From an uncultured Anaerolineaceae bacterium (GTDB taxonomy: Bacteria > Chloroflexota > Limnocylindria > Limnocylindrales > CSP1-4): DNA of 62,388 nt. Under the pieces are notes generated by a model. That model did not search any database. It worked only from the letters and a program-made list of their open reading frames with translations, and had not been told where the DNA came from. The position numbers and the translations under genes were made by a program. The stretch lies in the NCBI GenBank assembly GCA_964477545.1, contig CAYZEJ010000002.1, forward strand, positions 1-62,388. Direction: 5' to 3'. This document shows positions 34,731 to 43,271 of this stretch, one piece after another. Positions within the stretch are counted from its first letter, which is position 1. Every line of letters begins with the position of its first letter.

Positions 34731-35914
34731 CGCACGATCAGCGGCGGCCGGTGCGGCAGAGATTCGGGCGTGTGGCTGGCGATCTCTGCCACTGCCGCCG
34801 CGAAGCGGTCGAGTTCCTCCTCGGTGTTGAACCACGCAACAGACGCCCTCAGCGCCTTTGTGTCGCCGGTCGTGCCCAGGATTGCGAAGGCGCGCCGGCG
34901 CAACTCGTCGAGCGCCGCCTCCACAGGCCAGCTTGGGAGTCGGAATACGACCAACGTCGCGATGGTGTTCGCAGGGGTGATCATCTCGATCCCATCGGAT
35001 GCGGACAACGCCTCGTGCAAGCGGCGCGCCAGTCGCGCGCCGCGCTCGAGAGCCCAGTCGAGGCCAACGTACATCTCCAGCCAACCCACGCTGCGGGCCA
35101 GGCCGAGGGCCGCGGTCCGGGGGAGGCCGCCGGGCTCGAAACGACGAGCATCGGGCCACGGACGGGCGACGTCGCTGTGAAGCGTTTCGAACGCACGGCT
35201 GCCCGGGAGCGCAGCGCGACCTTCCGCCCGCGGTCTGCGCCCCACCCACAAGGCTCCGGTGTCCTCTGGCCCGAGCAGCCACCGATCGCCGGCGATGGCG
35301 ATGAAGTCCGCGCCCAGCGAAGCAACGTCGAGCGGAACGGCGCCGGCCGACATCGACGCATCGACTGCGAGCCACGCCCCGGTTCCTTCAAGCGACCGCG
35401 CCACGTCCGCGATCGGGAGCAGCGAGCCCGTGGCCGGATCGACGTGCGGAAGCATCACCAACCTCGTTCGATCCGGAACTGCACCAGATAGCTCGGCGAC
35501 GAGGTCCAGCTCGACCCCGAACCGGTCGTGCACGCCAGCTAGCGCGGCCAGGATTCCGCTCGAGGCAGTCGAGAGCGTCAGTGCTCGGTCACCAGGCTGC
35601 CAGTCGGGCGCCCAGGCCGCGATCGTGAGCGCCTGTTCGTCGCCGGTCGTCAGGCAGATTTCGGCTGGATCGCCGCCAACGAGCGCGGCAATGACGGCCC
35701 GCGCTTCGGACCTTCGTTGCACTGCGTCTTCCTCTCGGCCCTCGGTTGCCCGACCAACGCGCAGCTCCCAATCGTCCGCGTCGCGCATCGCCGCCGCCGT
35801 CTCGGCCGGCAGGGGTCCGCGGTACGCCGTGTCGAGGTAGATGCCTGCCCCGGTGCCGGGCAGGAGCTCCCGCAGATCTCGGACTTTCGCCGCGTCGGGA
35901 GCCTCTCGTGCCAT
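34727..35914 (-). CDS. Class V aminotransferase-fold (cysteine desulfurase / epimerase-like) protein
   Basis: Track ORF with overall class-V layout (IYLDTAYRGP..., DASMSAGAVPLDV..., AGDRWLLGPEDTGALWV). The position normally holding the PLP-binding Lys reads Arg (codon 35282-35284). Confidence 0.7.
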   Translation of the reverse strand: MAREAPDAAKVRDLRELLPGTGAGIYLDTAYRGPLPAETAAAMRDADDWELRVGRATEGREEDAVQRRSEARAVIAALVGGDPAEICLTTGDEQALTIAAWAPDWQPGDRALTLSTASSGILAALAGVHDRFGVELDLVAELSGAVPDRTRLVMLPHVDPATGSLLPIADVARSLEGTGAWLAVDASMSAGAVPLDVASLGADFIAIAGDRWLLGPEDTGALWVGRRPRAEGRAALPGSRAFETLHSDVARPWPDARRFEPGGLPRTAALGLARSVGWLEMYVGLDWALERGARLARRLHEALSASDGIEMITPANTIATLVVFRLPSWPVEAALDELRRRAFAILGTTGDTKALRASVAWFNTEEELDRFAAAVAEIASHTPESLPHRPPLIVR

Positions 35915-35940
35915 AGCGGCGCGATCTTATCGGTGGAGGC

Positions 35941-37623
35941 TCAGCCGCCTTCCTCGAGGCGGTAGCCGTCGGGCAGCTCGGCACGCAAACGCTCTAGGGC
36001 GCCGGAGACGTCTGCGCCGGCGGGAGCCGTCAGCACCAGTCTTCGCTCGATCGACGCCGGAGCGGTCGGAATTGCCAATGGCACCAGTTGGGTCGCTTCT
36101 TCCGATTCGCCAGCCACGACTCGCTGATCGCGCCGCAGCCACCAGAAGTGCAGGCCGCCGAGCAGGATCGCAACGATCAGGACGCCCAAGGGTGTGCTGA
36201 GCTCTGATGTCAGGTTGCGCTGAACGGTCGCGCCGATCAGTGAGCCGATGAAGCGGTTGAGGATCAGCAGCAGGCCGCTCAGGCCCGCCAGGACTGAGCC
36301 CGCGATCGTCAGCAGCAGGTAAGCGCGGCGCGCGGTCGAGCGCGATTCGGCCACCTCGTCCGCCGTTCGCCCGGCGTGGACCTGCCGCAGGTCCAGGAGC
36401 CAGATCACGCTGCCGATGATCACCAACGCGAGGAATGACGCGAGCTGGGCACGCCAGTCATCCGATCCTGCGAGTGTGCGCTGGCCGCGGCCGAGGACAT
36501 CGATGGCCAGGCCGAGCAACCATGCCAACGCGGTTGCCCCTGACGAAACCGCGATCAGCGCCACCGTGTAGGCGTCCACACGTCGCGCGCTCCTCGCTTG
36601 ATCTACGCCCATGTGTCCACGCTCACGGATCATCGCCAACCGGTGTGCCCACCAGACGCCGGCAAACACGAGGCCGATCAGGACTGATCCGATGATCTCG
36701 CGCGCGACATCACCGCGCTGGGCGACGGTTTCGGCCCCGAGGACGGCGCGCAGGATCGTCGCCAGCGCGAGCGCCAGTTCGGAGACAGCCACGGTTAGGC
36801 CGATGAAGAGGACCACGACGTAATAGCCGGCCCGTGTGCGCGACTCGCGCTCTGCCGGCGCGCGCCAATCGGACGCATCGAGCATTCGGATCGAGTAGGC
36901 CCAGTGGCCGATCCACACGAGCAAGCCGACGCCGATGTTCGCCATCACGTCGGCAAGCGCCGACGGGCGGACGGCAGTTCCCCCGATGAGCCCTGTGCCA
37001 GTGAGTCCAAGGGAGTCGCCGGCCAGCTCGATGAGGCGGACTATGCCGTACAGCATGATGAGCAGCCCGATCAGCGTTGCCAGGTAGCGGTAGGTGCGGG
37101 GCAGCCACGCCGCGGCGCGAACCATGGGTGTGCGGAGATCCCGCCAGCGGACCAGCGCGTGATATCCCCAGAAGGCACCAACGACGGCAAGGGTTGCTGC
37201 GGCGGATATGGGACCGAGCTCGTCAGAGGGAGCGGCCCCCAGGGCAAGGCTCAGGAGGTATCTGAGTAGCTGAGTGCCGCTGGTGATCAGCGCGATGAGA
37301 AGCGCCAGCAGCACGATCGTGAGATAGAGGGCCCGAACGGCCGAGCTCCGTTCGGCGGCGCCGCCCGCGGCTACGGCACGCACGGAACGCTCCGCAACTC
37401 CCCAGTGGAACGCCCAGACCGGGAGTGCCACGGCGATGGTCGCAAGGACCAGGCTCAACTGGCCGCGGAGCGCTCCCTGGCTGTTACCGCCGAAAACCAG
37501 GTCCGCATTGCTGCCCAGGCTGATCTCCAGAGCGAGGTTGATCAGCGTTATCAGCGCGCCGATGAGCATCGCCAGCGTCACGCCGGCGATGACGTAGAGG
37601 TAGAGACGCCGCGCTATCGCCAC
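35941..37623 (-). CDS. Polytopic membrane protein built from about six repeated two-helix modules, with a soluble C-terminal tail
   Basis: Track ORF, GTG start. Recurrent module of basic residues + Y + long hydrophobic helix (ARRLYLYVIAG..., AVRALYLTIVLL..., PRTYRYLATLIG..., TRAGYYVVVLFIG..., ARRVDAYTVALIA..., ARRAYLLLTIAG...). Confidence 0.65.
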   Translation of the reverse strand: MAIARRLYLYVIAGVTLAMLIGALITLINLALEISLGSNADLVFGGNSQGALRGQLSLVLATIAVALPVWAFHWGVAERSVRAVAAGGAAERSSAVRALYLTIVLLALLIALITSGTQLLRYLLSLALGAAPSDELGPISAAATLAVVGAFWGYHALVRWRDLRTPMVRAAAWLPRTYRYLATLIGLLIMLYGIVRLIELAGDSLGLTGTGLIGGTAVRPSALADVMANIGVGLLVWIGHWAYSIRMLDASDWRAPAERESRTRAGYYVVVLFIGLTVAVSELALALATILRAVLGAETVAQRGDVAREIIGSVLIGLVFAGVWWAHRLAMIRERGHMGVDQARSARRVDAYTVALIAVSSGATALAWLLGLAIDVLGRGQRTLAGSDDWRAQLASFLALVIIGSVIWLLDLRQVHAGRTADEVAESRSTARRAYLLLTIAGSVLAGLSGLLLILNRFIGSLIGATVQRNLTSELSTPLGVLIVAILLGGLHFWWLRRDQRVVAGESEEATQLVPLAIPTAPASIERRLVLTAPAGADVSGALERLRAELPDGYRLEEGG

Positions 37624-37629
37624 GCGCGA

Positions 37630-38172
37630 TCAGAACTCCGAGTAGCCGTAATACGGCTGCACGCCCAGGAGCGCCTCGTCTATTCGCCAGCCATCCGCCT
37701 CCAGGACCATGGAGATGGACTCCTCGTGCTCGTAACCCTCGCCGCCGTAGCCGAAGTAGTCCTCGATCGTGATGCGCAGGGTTCGCCTGGGATCGGCGCC
37801 CGTTGCGCTGACGAGCTCAACGGACTGACCCTCGGGTCCGTAGCCATAGCCAGCTTCTCTTCGGAACTCCTCGAGGCTCATCTGGCCCTTGGCGCGGGTC
37901 GAGAAGTAACCATATGCGGTGTCGTAGTCCTCGTCGTACCACGCCGCCAGGTAGCGCTGGAAGCTCGACTCAGGCGAATCGGCGGGATATGTCGCAGCCC
38001 CTTGGTTGCCGGCCAGAAGGATGACCAGGGTGGCGATCGCGACCACGGCCGCGATGGCCAGAGCGATGAGAGCGGTTCCGCTCAACCGCCAGCGTCGTGA
38101 GGATCTGGGGCTGACGGGCTCAGTCGGGACAGCCCCCTCTGGCTGTGGCGCGTCGTTTGCCGGAACGTCCAT
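37630..38172 (-). CDS. Single-pass membrane-anchored protein with extracytoplasmic domain, function unknown
   Basis: Track ORF 37630..38232 trimmed to Met21. TM segment ALIALAIAAVVAIATLVILLAG. Stop is 7 nt upstream of the next gene's start. Confidence 0.5.
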   Translation of the reverse strand: MDVPANDAPQPEGAVPTEPVSPRSSRRWRLSGTALIALAIAAVVAIATLVILLAGNQGAATYPADSPESSFQRYLAAWYDEDYDTAYGYFSTRAKGQMSLEEFRREAGYGYGPEGQSVELVSATGADPRRTLRITIEDYFGYGGEGYEHEESISMVLEADGWRIDEALLGVQPYYGYSEF

Positions 38173-38253
38173 CGGTATGTCCCTCGGGCCGTGGCCCCCG
38201 GCGACGGTAGACCCGTCGAATCCGCGGGTCAAGCAAAATCGAGCCCGCGTAAA

Positions 38254-39957
38254 TCAGGCCGGCGGCGCGGCTCCGGCCGTGGTCTGGACGCTGAAGCGCC
38301 TGCCGGACTCGAGCCGGCGATACAGCGTCTCAACGTTCGACAGCGTGTCGATCTCGCGTACGTCCTTGTCCGGCCGCAGACGGAAGATGCGCGGGAAGCG
38401 CAGCGCGAAGCCTGAGTCGTGGCGGTTCGAGCGGTGGATCACATCGAACGCAATCTCGACGACGACCGTGGGTTCGACCACGTAGAAGCGACCGAGCTGC
38501 TTCAGCGTGTGGGCCTGGAACCAGGTCGTCATCTCGGCGATCTCTGCGTCGGTCAGGCCGCTGTACGCCTTGCCGATGGTCGCCAGGCGGTCCTCCGCGC
38601 CGGGTCGATCGTCGCGGACCGCAAACGTGTAGTCCGACAGCACGCCGTGCCGCTTGCCGTGCCCAACCTCCACGCCGACGACGACGCAGTCGAGCGTCGC
38701 CAGCGGCCGCTTGAGCTTCAGCCAGCCGTAGCCGCGTCGCCCGGGCGTGTATGTCGATTCGGGGTCCTTGACCATCAGCCCCTCGTTGCCGCGCTCCTGG
38801 GCGGCATCGAAGATCCCCTCCAGCTCGTCGGTCGTTGAGGCAGTGATCAGATTTGCCGTGGCCATGCCCGGCACTTCTGGGAGTCCCAGCGCGTCTAATC
38901 GCTGGCGCCGCTCGCGCAACGGCAGACGCAAAGTCGGTTCCACGGCGGCGCCGCCACCCGGACCATGGGCCAGGATGTCGAAGGCCACGTAGATCACCGG
39001 CACCTGCAGCTGCATCTCGGCCGATGGGTTCTTGCGGCCGAGACGCGCCTGGAGCTGGATGAAGGGCAGCGCCATCCCGTCACGGAAGGCGAGCAGCTCC
39101 CCGTCTAGAACACCGTCCCAGGCAGCTGTCGCAACGGTCGCGACAACCTCCGGGTAGCCCTCGCTGACATCGTGCAGGTCGCGGCTGTACAGGCGCACGG
39201 CGTCGCCCTGCTTGTGCAGTTGGGCGCGGATGCCATCGTACTTATCCTCCACCCACACTGGGGCGCCGAGCCGGCTCAGCACCTCGTTCTCGTCGGCAAC
39301 GGGCGAAGCCAGCATCGACTTCAGCGGCCGGAAGAGTGCCAGCTCGGCCTGGCCAAGCCGGTCGTCGCGCGCGAGCTCTGCGATCTGGCCCAGATCACCG
39401 GTGAGCATGCCCGCCCATTGAACGTCTGCCAGCGGTCGATCGAATGCCTGGGCTATTGCCGCCTCGAGGTGTCCCTCGCGCAGACCAATGCGCAGCTCTC
39501 CGCTGAGAACCTTGACGACCGACTTTGCGGTCAATGGGTCGGAGCGCTCGAGCAGCTCACGCAGCGGCACCTGCTTCGCCTGACCGCGCGCCGCTGCCAT
39601 GGCGGTGAAGGCTTCGTCCGCGTCAACCAGCGATGGCGGTGCCCCTTGAGGAACGTGGTCGTGGGCGGCGAACAGATCGCCAACGGCCTGCCCGAGGTCG
39701 GACGACTCGTTGTAGGCCGCGCCGAGAGCGCCCGGCCCAGCGTTGACGACCTGTTCTGCCGCCGCGGCAATGGCCGACCAACCGATCCCCGTACTGCGCG
39801 GATCGCGCTCAGGGAACGGCCGGCCGGTGAGGTACCAAACGGCAAGCGGCAGTTCGGCGGGTGTGAGCGAACGCAGGTACTCGGCCAGCGTCGAGACCTT
39901 CTCTGTCGTGCGTGACGTGGCCGCGATTCGGGCGGCGACCTCGCTCCAGCGGCGCAT
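38254..39957 (-). CDS. ATP-dependent DNA ligase
   Basis: Track ORF 38254..40722 trimmed to ATG 39957; the upstream part is antisense to the GNAT gene. Adenylation motif I EDKYDGIRAQ, plus LDGELL, EGLMVK and WLKLK motifs. Confidence 0.85.
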   Translation of the reverse strand: MRRWSEVAARIAATSRTTEKVSTLAEYLRSLTPAELPLAVWYLTGRPFPERDPRSTGIGWSAIAAAAEQVVNAGPGALGAAYNESSDLGQAVGDLFAAHDHVPQGAPPSLVDADEAFTAMAAARGQAKQVPLRELLERSDPLTAKSVVKVLSGELRIGLREGHLEAAIAQAFDRPLADVQWAGMLTGDLGQIAELARDDRLGQAELALFRPLKSMLASPVADENEVLSRLGAPVWVEDKYDGIRAQLHKQGDAVRLYSRDLHDVSEGYPEVVATVATAAWDGVLDGELLAFRDGMALPFIQLQARLGRKNPSAEMQLQVPVIYVAFDILAHGPGGGAAVEPTLRLPLRERRQRLDALGLPEVPGMATANLITASTTDELEGIFDAAQERGNEGLMVKDPESTYTPGRRGYGWLKLKRPLATLDCVVVGVEVGHGKRHGVLSDYTFAVRDDRPGAEDRLATIGKAYSGLTDAEIAEMTTWFQAHTLKQLGRFYVVEPTVVVEIAFDVIHRSNRHDSGFALRFPRIFRLRPDKDVREIDTLSNVETLYRRLESGRRFSVQTTAGAAPPA

Positions 39958-39993
39958 CCGGGCCGATGGTAGTCGTGGTATAGGATCGCGGCC

Positions 39994-40623
39994 GTGTCCG
40001 TGCAGGAGCCTGATGGCGGGTATCTCGACCGAGACCTGTGGCACCCGCCCCAGCTGGTCGGTCAACTTGTCGCGCTCCGCCGGCCGCACCAGGACGACCT
40101 CCCCGCTGTCGTGCGCTGGTATCGCGATCGCGAGATCGCCCGGCTGACCCGATACCAGGCCCGACCCATGAGCGAAGTCGAGGTCGAGCGCTTCTTCCAG
40201 CACCGCGTGCTCGCCCCGGACGCGTTGGCCTATTCGATCGTCGAGCTGCCCGACTGGCGGTTGATCGGCTTTACGACGTTCAGCTCGCTCGACGGGGACA
40301 ACGGCTCGGTCATGTTCCACATCACGATCGGCGAACGTGACGCATGGGGGCGCGGAATGGGGACCGAGGTGACGGAGCTGATGCTCGGACACGCCTTCGA
40401 GCGGCTGGGTCTCCATCGCGTGGGCCTCTCCGTGTTTTCGTACAACCTGCGCGCCATTCGTGCGTACGAGAAGGCCGGTTTCCGGATCGAGGGACGCCAG
40501 CGCGAGGCGATCCTGCGCGACGGCCGTTACTGGGACGAGATCCAGATGGGGGTGCTCGCGGCGGAGTGGCTCGAGCACCACTATGGACGCATCGGGGTGG
40601 CCGACGAAGCCCTGGTTCCTTGA
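39994..40623 (+). CDS. GNAT family N-acetyltransferase (RimJ/RimL-like)
   Basis: Track ORF with an acetyl-CoA site WGRGMGTE and LHRVGLSVFSYNLRAIRAYEKAGFRIEG. Confidence 0.85.
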   Translation: MSVQEPDGGYLDRDLWHPPQLVGQLVALRRPHQDDLPAVVRWYRDREIARLTRYQARPMSEVEVERFFQHRVLAPDALAYSIVELPDWRLIGFTTFSSLDGDNGSVMFHITIGERDAWGRGMGTEVTELMLGHAFERLGLHRVGLSVFSYNLRAIRAYEKAGFRIEGRQREAILRDGRYWDEIQMGVLAAEWLEHHYGRIGVADEALVP

Positions 40624-40898
40624 GCAGTAGCGGCCCGGCGGGTGAGGCCGCGCGGCGCGAGTTTCGCGAGCTGATTGAGGCGAAGGGCCACGCAGTGGAC
40701 AACGCCCGCGCCGCAATGGCACGACTGGAGACGGCGTTCGCCGAGGGTTCGTTGACGCGGACTGCCGCGATCGACCAAACGCTGGCCGACCTGCGACTTG
40801 CCCTCGAGCAGGACGAGGGTCAAAAGCTCGGCGGCAAGAGCGCGGAGGCCGCCCGATTCATCACCCGCGCGCTGGCGCGGCTGATCGAGGACGCCTAG
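40620..40898 (+). CDS. Possible small helical protein (92 aa), function unknown
   Basis: In-frame TTG 40620 overlaps the GNAT stop (TTGA). The only support is an open frame with non-shadow-like, helix-prone composition (EFRELIEAKGHAVDNARAAMARLETAFAEG...). Confidence 0.3.
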   Translation: MSSSGPAGEAARREFRELIEAKGHAVDNARAAMARLETAFAEGSLTRTAAIDQTLADLRLALEQDEGQKLGGKSAEAARFITRALARLIEDA

Positions 40899-40921
40899 AA
40901 CCTATGGGTCAGTCGCAAGGG

Positions 40922-41389
40922 TCAATCGCACAGGAAGTAGGCCCGCGGTCCGTCGTGCCGAGTGAGCACGAGAACGGCACCGAGCGGGGTGCGCAGCTCG
41001 ATCCAGTTCGGGTCGGTGAGCACGACGACCGTCGGCGTTGCGTTGATCAGCTCCCCGGTCTGACCTTCCGTGAGAGGTCCGCCCGCGCCGTTGTGCCCAC
41101 TCATCGGGTCCCATAGGCTCCCATCGATATCTATGGGCGACATCAGCCCGCAGTGCCCCAGCGTGAAGTTGCGCGCGATTCCCAGCTCGAGCTCGCCACG
41201 CGGAGTGTGCGGAGCGACCACGGCGGTGTTCGGGTTGCCCGGCTCGGGGATGCCGGACACGTTCTGCGGCAGCGGGAGCGGCGCAGGTGTCGGCGTCGGC
41301 ATCGGCGAGGGGACGGCAATGGTGGCTGGCACGGCCGATCCGCAGCCGACGATCAGGAACGCCGCAAAGGCAGCCAGGATGAAGTGCAT
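40922..41389 (-). CDS. Lipoprotein, function unknown
   Basis: C-terminal 155 aa of track ORF 40922..42283, starting at ATG 41389. Lipobox FLIVGCGS followed by a Pro/Thr linker. Confidence 0.6.
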   Translation of the reverse strand: MHFILAAFAAFLIVGCGSAVPATIAVPSPMPTPTPAPLPLPQNVSGIPEPGNPNTAVVAPHTPRGELELGIARNFTLGHCGLMSPIDIDGSLWDPMSGHNGAGGPLTEGQTGELINATPTVVVLTDPNWIELRTPLGAVLVLTRHDGPRAYFLCD

Positions 41390-41446
41390 GCCATCCAGAC
41401 GGCGCCGCGACAGCCAGGTTCCGGGCCGCGCATACACTCGGCCGTG

Positions 41447-42052
41447 ATGAGCAGTTTTCTGGGCCGCGGCCCGCGTCTCAGCGAAGAGCAGAAGAAGCGC
41501 ATCCCGCCCGGCCAGTACTTCACCGAGAAGTGGCCCGTGCTCCACTACGGCTCGGTGCCGCGGGTAGACCTCAAGACCTGGGATTTCAAGGTCTGGGGCG
41601 AGGTCGACAACCCGTTCGAGTTCAGTTGGGCCGAATTCAAACAGATGCCCCGCAAGCCGCTGCACACGGACATCCATTGCGTCACGCGCTGGTCGCGGCT
41701 CGACATGGAGTTCGAGGGCGTGCCCATCCAACACATCCTGGAGCGGGCGAAGCTTCGCACGACCGCCCGCTTCGTGGTCGTCCACGCCGAGCAGGGCTAC
41801 ACCACCAATCTGCCGCTGACTGTGCTTGACGACGACGACGTCCTGCTGGCCGACATTGCCGACGGCGCCCCGCTGACGCCCGACCATGGCTACCCGCTGC
41901 GGCTCGTCGTCCCCAAGCGGTATTTCTGGAAGAGCGCCAAGTGGGTCCGCGGGCTTCAGTTCACGGCGGCCGATAAGGCGGGTTTCTGGGAGCGCTACGG
42001 CTACAACAACAGCGCGGATCCGTGGAAGGAAGAGCGCTTCAGCGACGACTAG
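41447..42052 (+). CDS. Sulfite-oxidase-like molybdopterin-binding oxidoreductase (small single-domain type)
   Basis: Track ORF 41153..42052 trimmed to ATG 41447. DIHCVTRWS (Mo-ligand Cys), GYPLRLVVPKRYFWKSAKWV and FWERYGY. Confidence 0.8.
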   Translation: MSSFLGRGPRLSEEQKKRIPPGQYFTEKWPVLHYGSVPRVDLKTWDFKVWGEVDNPFEFSWAEFKQMPRKPLHTDIHCVTRWSRLDMEFEGVPIQHILERAKLRTTARFVVVHAEQGYTTNLPLTVLDDDDVLLADIADGAPLTPDHGYPLRLVVPKRYFWKSAKWVRGLQFTAADKAGFWERYGYNNSADPWKEERFSDD

Positions 42053-42119
42053 TTGGCCATTTCGCCCCTTCTGCGGGTGGTAACTTCCCGTCACGCCACG
42101 TCGCCTGGAGGGACTCGAA

Positions 42120-42794
42120 ATGGCAGATTGGAGATGCCCGCAATGCAGCTGGGTGAACCGGGACTTCGCCGATGCCTGCCTAAGTTGCGGACAGGAACGG
42201 CCGCTCGGGGCTGAAACCGTCGCAGCTGCTCCCCTACCCGATCCGGGAAGATGGGATCTACAAGCTCCCTTCGCGACGCCCATGCCAACTCAGATGGACC
42301 CGAGTCCGGCTAATGAAACAGCGAATGTCATGGCGCCGCCCGCGGAGCCCTATGGGATCACGGGTCTTTCCACGGGCATCGTTGGCGCCCTTATCGCCGC
42401 CGTTCTTGCCTCCGCGATCTGGTACGCGATCGTCGCGCTCAGCTCGTTCCAGATCGGCTACGTCGCGGCTGCGGTCGGCTGGCTCGTTGGGACGGGCGCG
42501 GTGATTGGCGCCCGAGGGCGTGGATCCATCTGGTTGTCGGCCGCGAGCGTGATCATCACGGTGCTGGCCCTCGGCATAAGCGAGTACCTGATCGCCTACC
42601 ACTGGGCGACGAGGGATCTGGGCATCACCTTCTCGCTTCTTCAACCTCCAGACGTGATGCTGGACATCGTGCTCGCGGTGCTCCAGGAGGACCCGGCAAC
42701 GTTGTTGTTCTGGGCCTTCGCCGTTGCGCTGGCGGCCTACGTCCCGTTCAAGGCGATTTACCGAACCGCAAGCGTCGTCCCCGCCGAGCGCTGA
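42120..42794 (+). CDS. Zinc-ribbon (RanBP2-like) membrane protein, function unknown
   Basis: Track ORF with N-terminal WRCPQCSWVNRDFADACLSCG followed by 4 hydrophobic helices. Confidence 0.6.
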   Translation: MADWRCPQCSWVNRDFADACLSCGQERPLGAETVAAAPLPDPGRWDLQAPFATPMPTQMDPSPANETANVMAPPAEPYGITGLSTGIVGALIAAVLASAIWYAIVALSSFQIGYVAAAVGWLVGTGAVIGARGRGSIWLSAASVIITVLALGISEYLIAYHWATRDLGITFSLLQPPDVMLDIVLAVLQEDPATLLFWAFAVALAAYVPFKAIYRTASVVPAER

Positions 42795-42800
42795 ATCAAA

Positions 42801-42824
42801 ACGGCGAGCCTTGCGGCTCGCCGT
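42801..42824. terminator. Bidirectional intrinsic-terminator-like hairpin
   Basis: Perfect 10-bp stem acggcgagcc / ggctcgccgt with loop ttgc. Preceded by aaaa; lies between convergent stops at 42794 and 42848. Confidence 0.6.
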
Positions 42825-42847
42825 CGATCGTCAGGTCGAGTGGAAGA

Positions 42848-43261
42848 TCAGTGGGAGCAACCGCCGGGGCTTCCCTCTGAATCGGCCGTCCGGAAGGAGC
42901 TTCCGCAGCCGCACGCTGAAACCGCGTTGGGGTTGTTGACCGTGAAGCCGGCACCCATGAGCGTGTCGAGGTAGTCGATCTCCGAGCCGAGCAGGTGCTG
43001 CGTGCTCTGGCGGTCGATGTACACGTTGATGCCCTTGCTCTGGACGGTGACGTCCTCAGAGCTGGGCTGGTCCTCGAGCATCATGCCGTAGCGGAAGCCG
43101 GAGCAACCGCCGCTGTAAACGTAGACGCGCAGGCCCATCTGCGGGTTCTGCTCAGCCGTGACGAGCTCCTGGAGCTTGCCGGCGGCGGCGTCGCTGAGCA
43201 CGACGAGCGGCTCAGAAGTCATGGGAATCTCGGGCGCGACCTGAGGTTCGGTGTTCAGCAT
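42848..43261 (-). CDS. Iron-sulfur cluster insertion protein (HesB/IscA/ErpA family)
   Basis: Track ORF with LRVYVYSGGCSGFRYGM and C-terminal CGCGSSF. Alternative start at Met14 (43222). Confidence 0.9.
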   Translation of the reverse strand: MLNTEPQVAPEIPMTSEPLVVLSDAAAGKLQELVTAEQNPQMGLRVYVYSGGCSGFRYGMMLEDQPSSEDVTVQSKGINVYIDRQSTQHLLGSEIDYLDTLMGAGFTVNNPNAVSACGCGSSFRTADSEGSPGGCSH

Positions 43262-43271
43262 GGGTCAGAGT

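Noticed and set aside
38254-39957. ATP-dependent DNA ligase as part of an NHEJ (Ku-LigD) or mobile-element module.
   Set aside because: No Ku gene, polymerase/primase or nuclease domain, integrase or phage gene is adjacent. It looks like a stand-alone chromosomal ligase.
39958-40722. Upstream 255 codons of the 822-aa minus-strand ORF (DNA ligase frame).
   Set aside because: Antisense to the GNAT gene and with no ligase-like sequence. The ligase N-terminus MRRWSEVAARIAATS... begins at 39957.
41390-42283. Upstream part of the 453-aa minus-strand ORF 40922..42283.
   Set aside because: Antisense to the sulfite-oxidase-like gene. Only the last 155 codons, with lipobox and signal peptide, look like a real protein.
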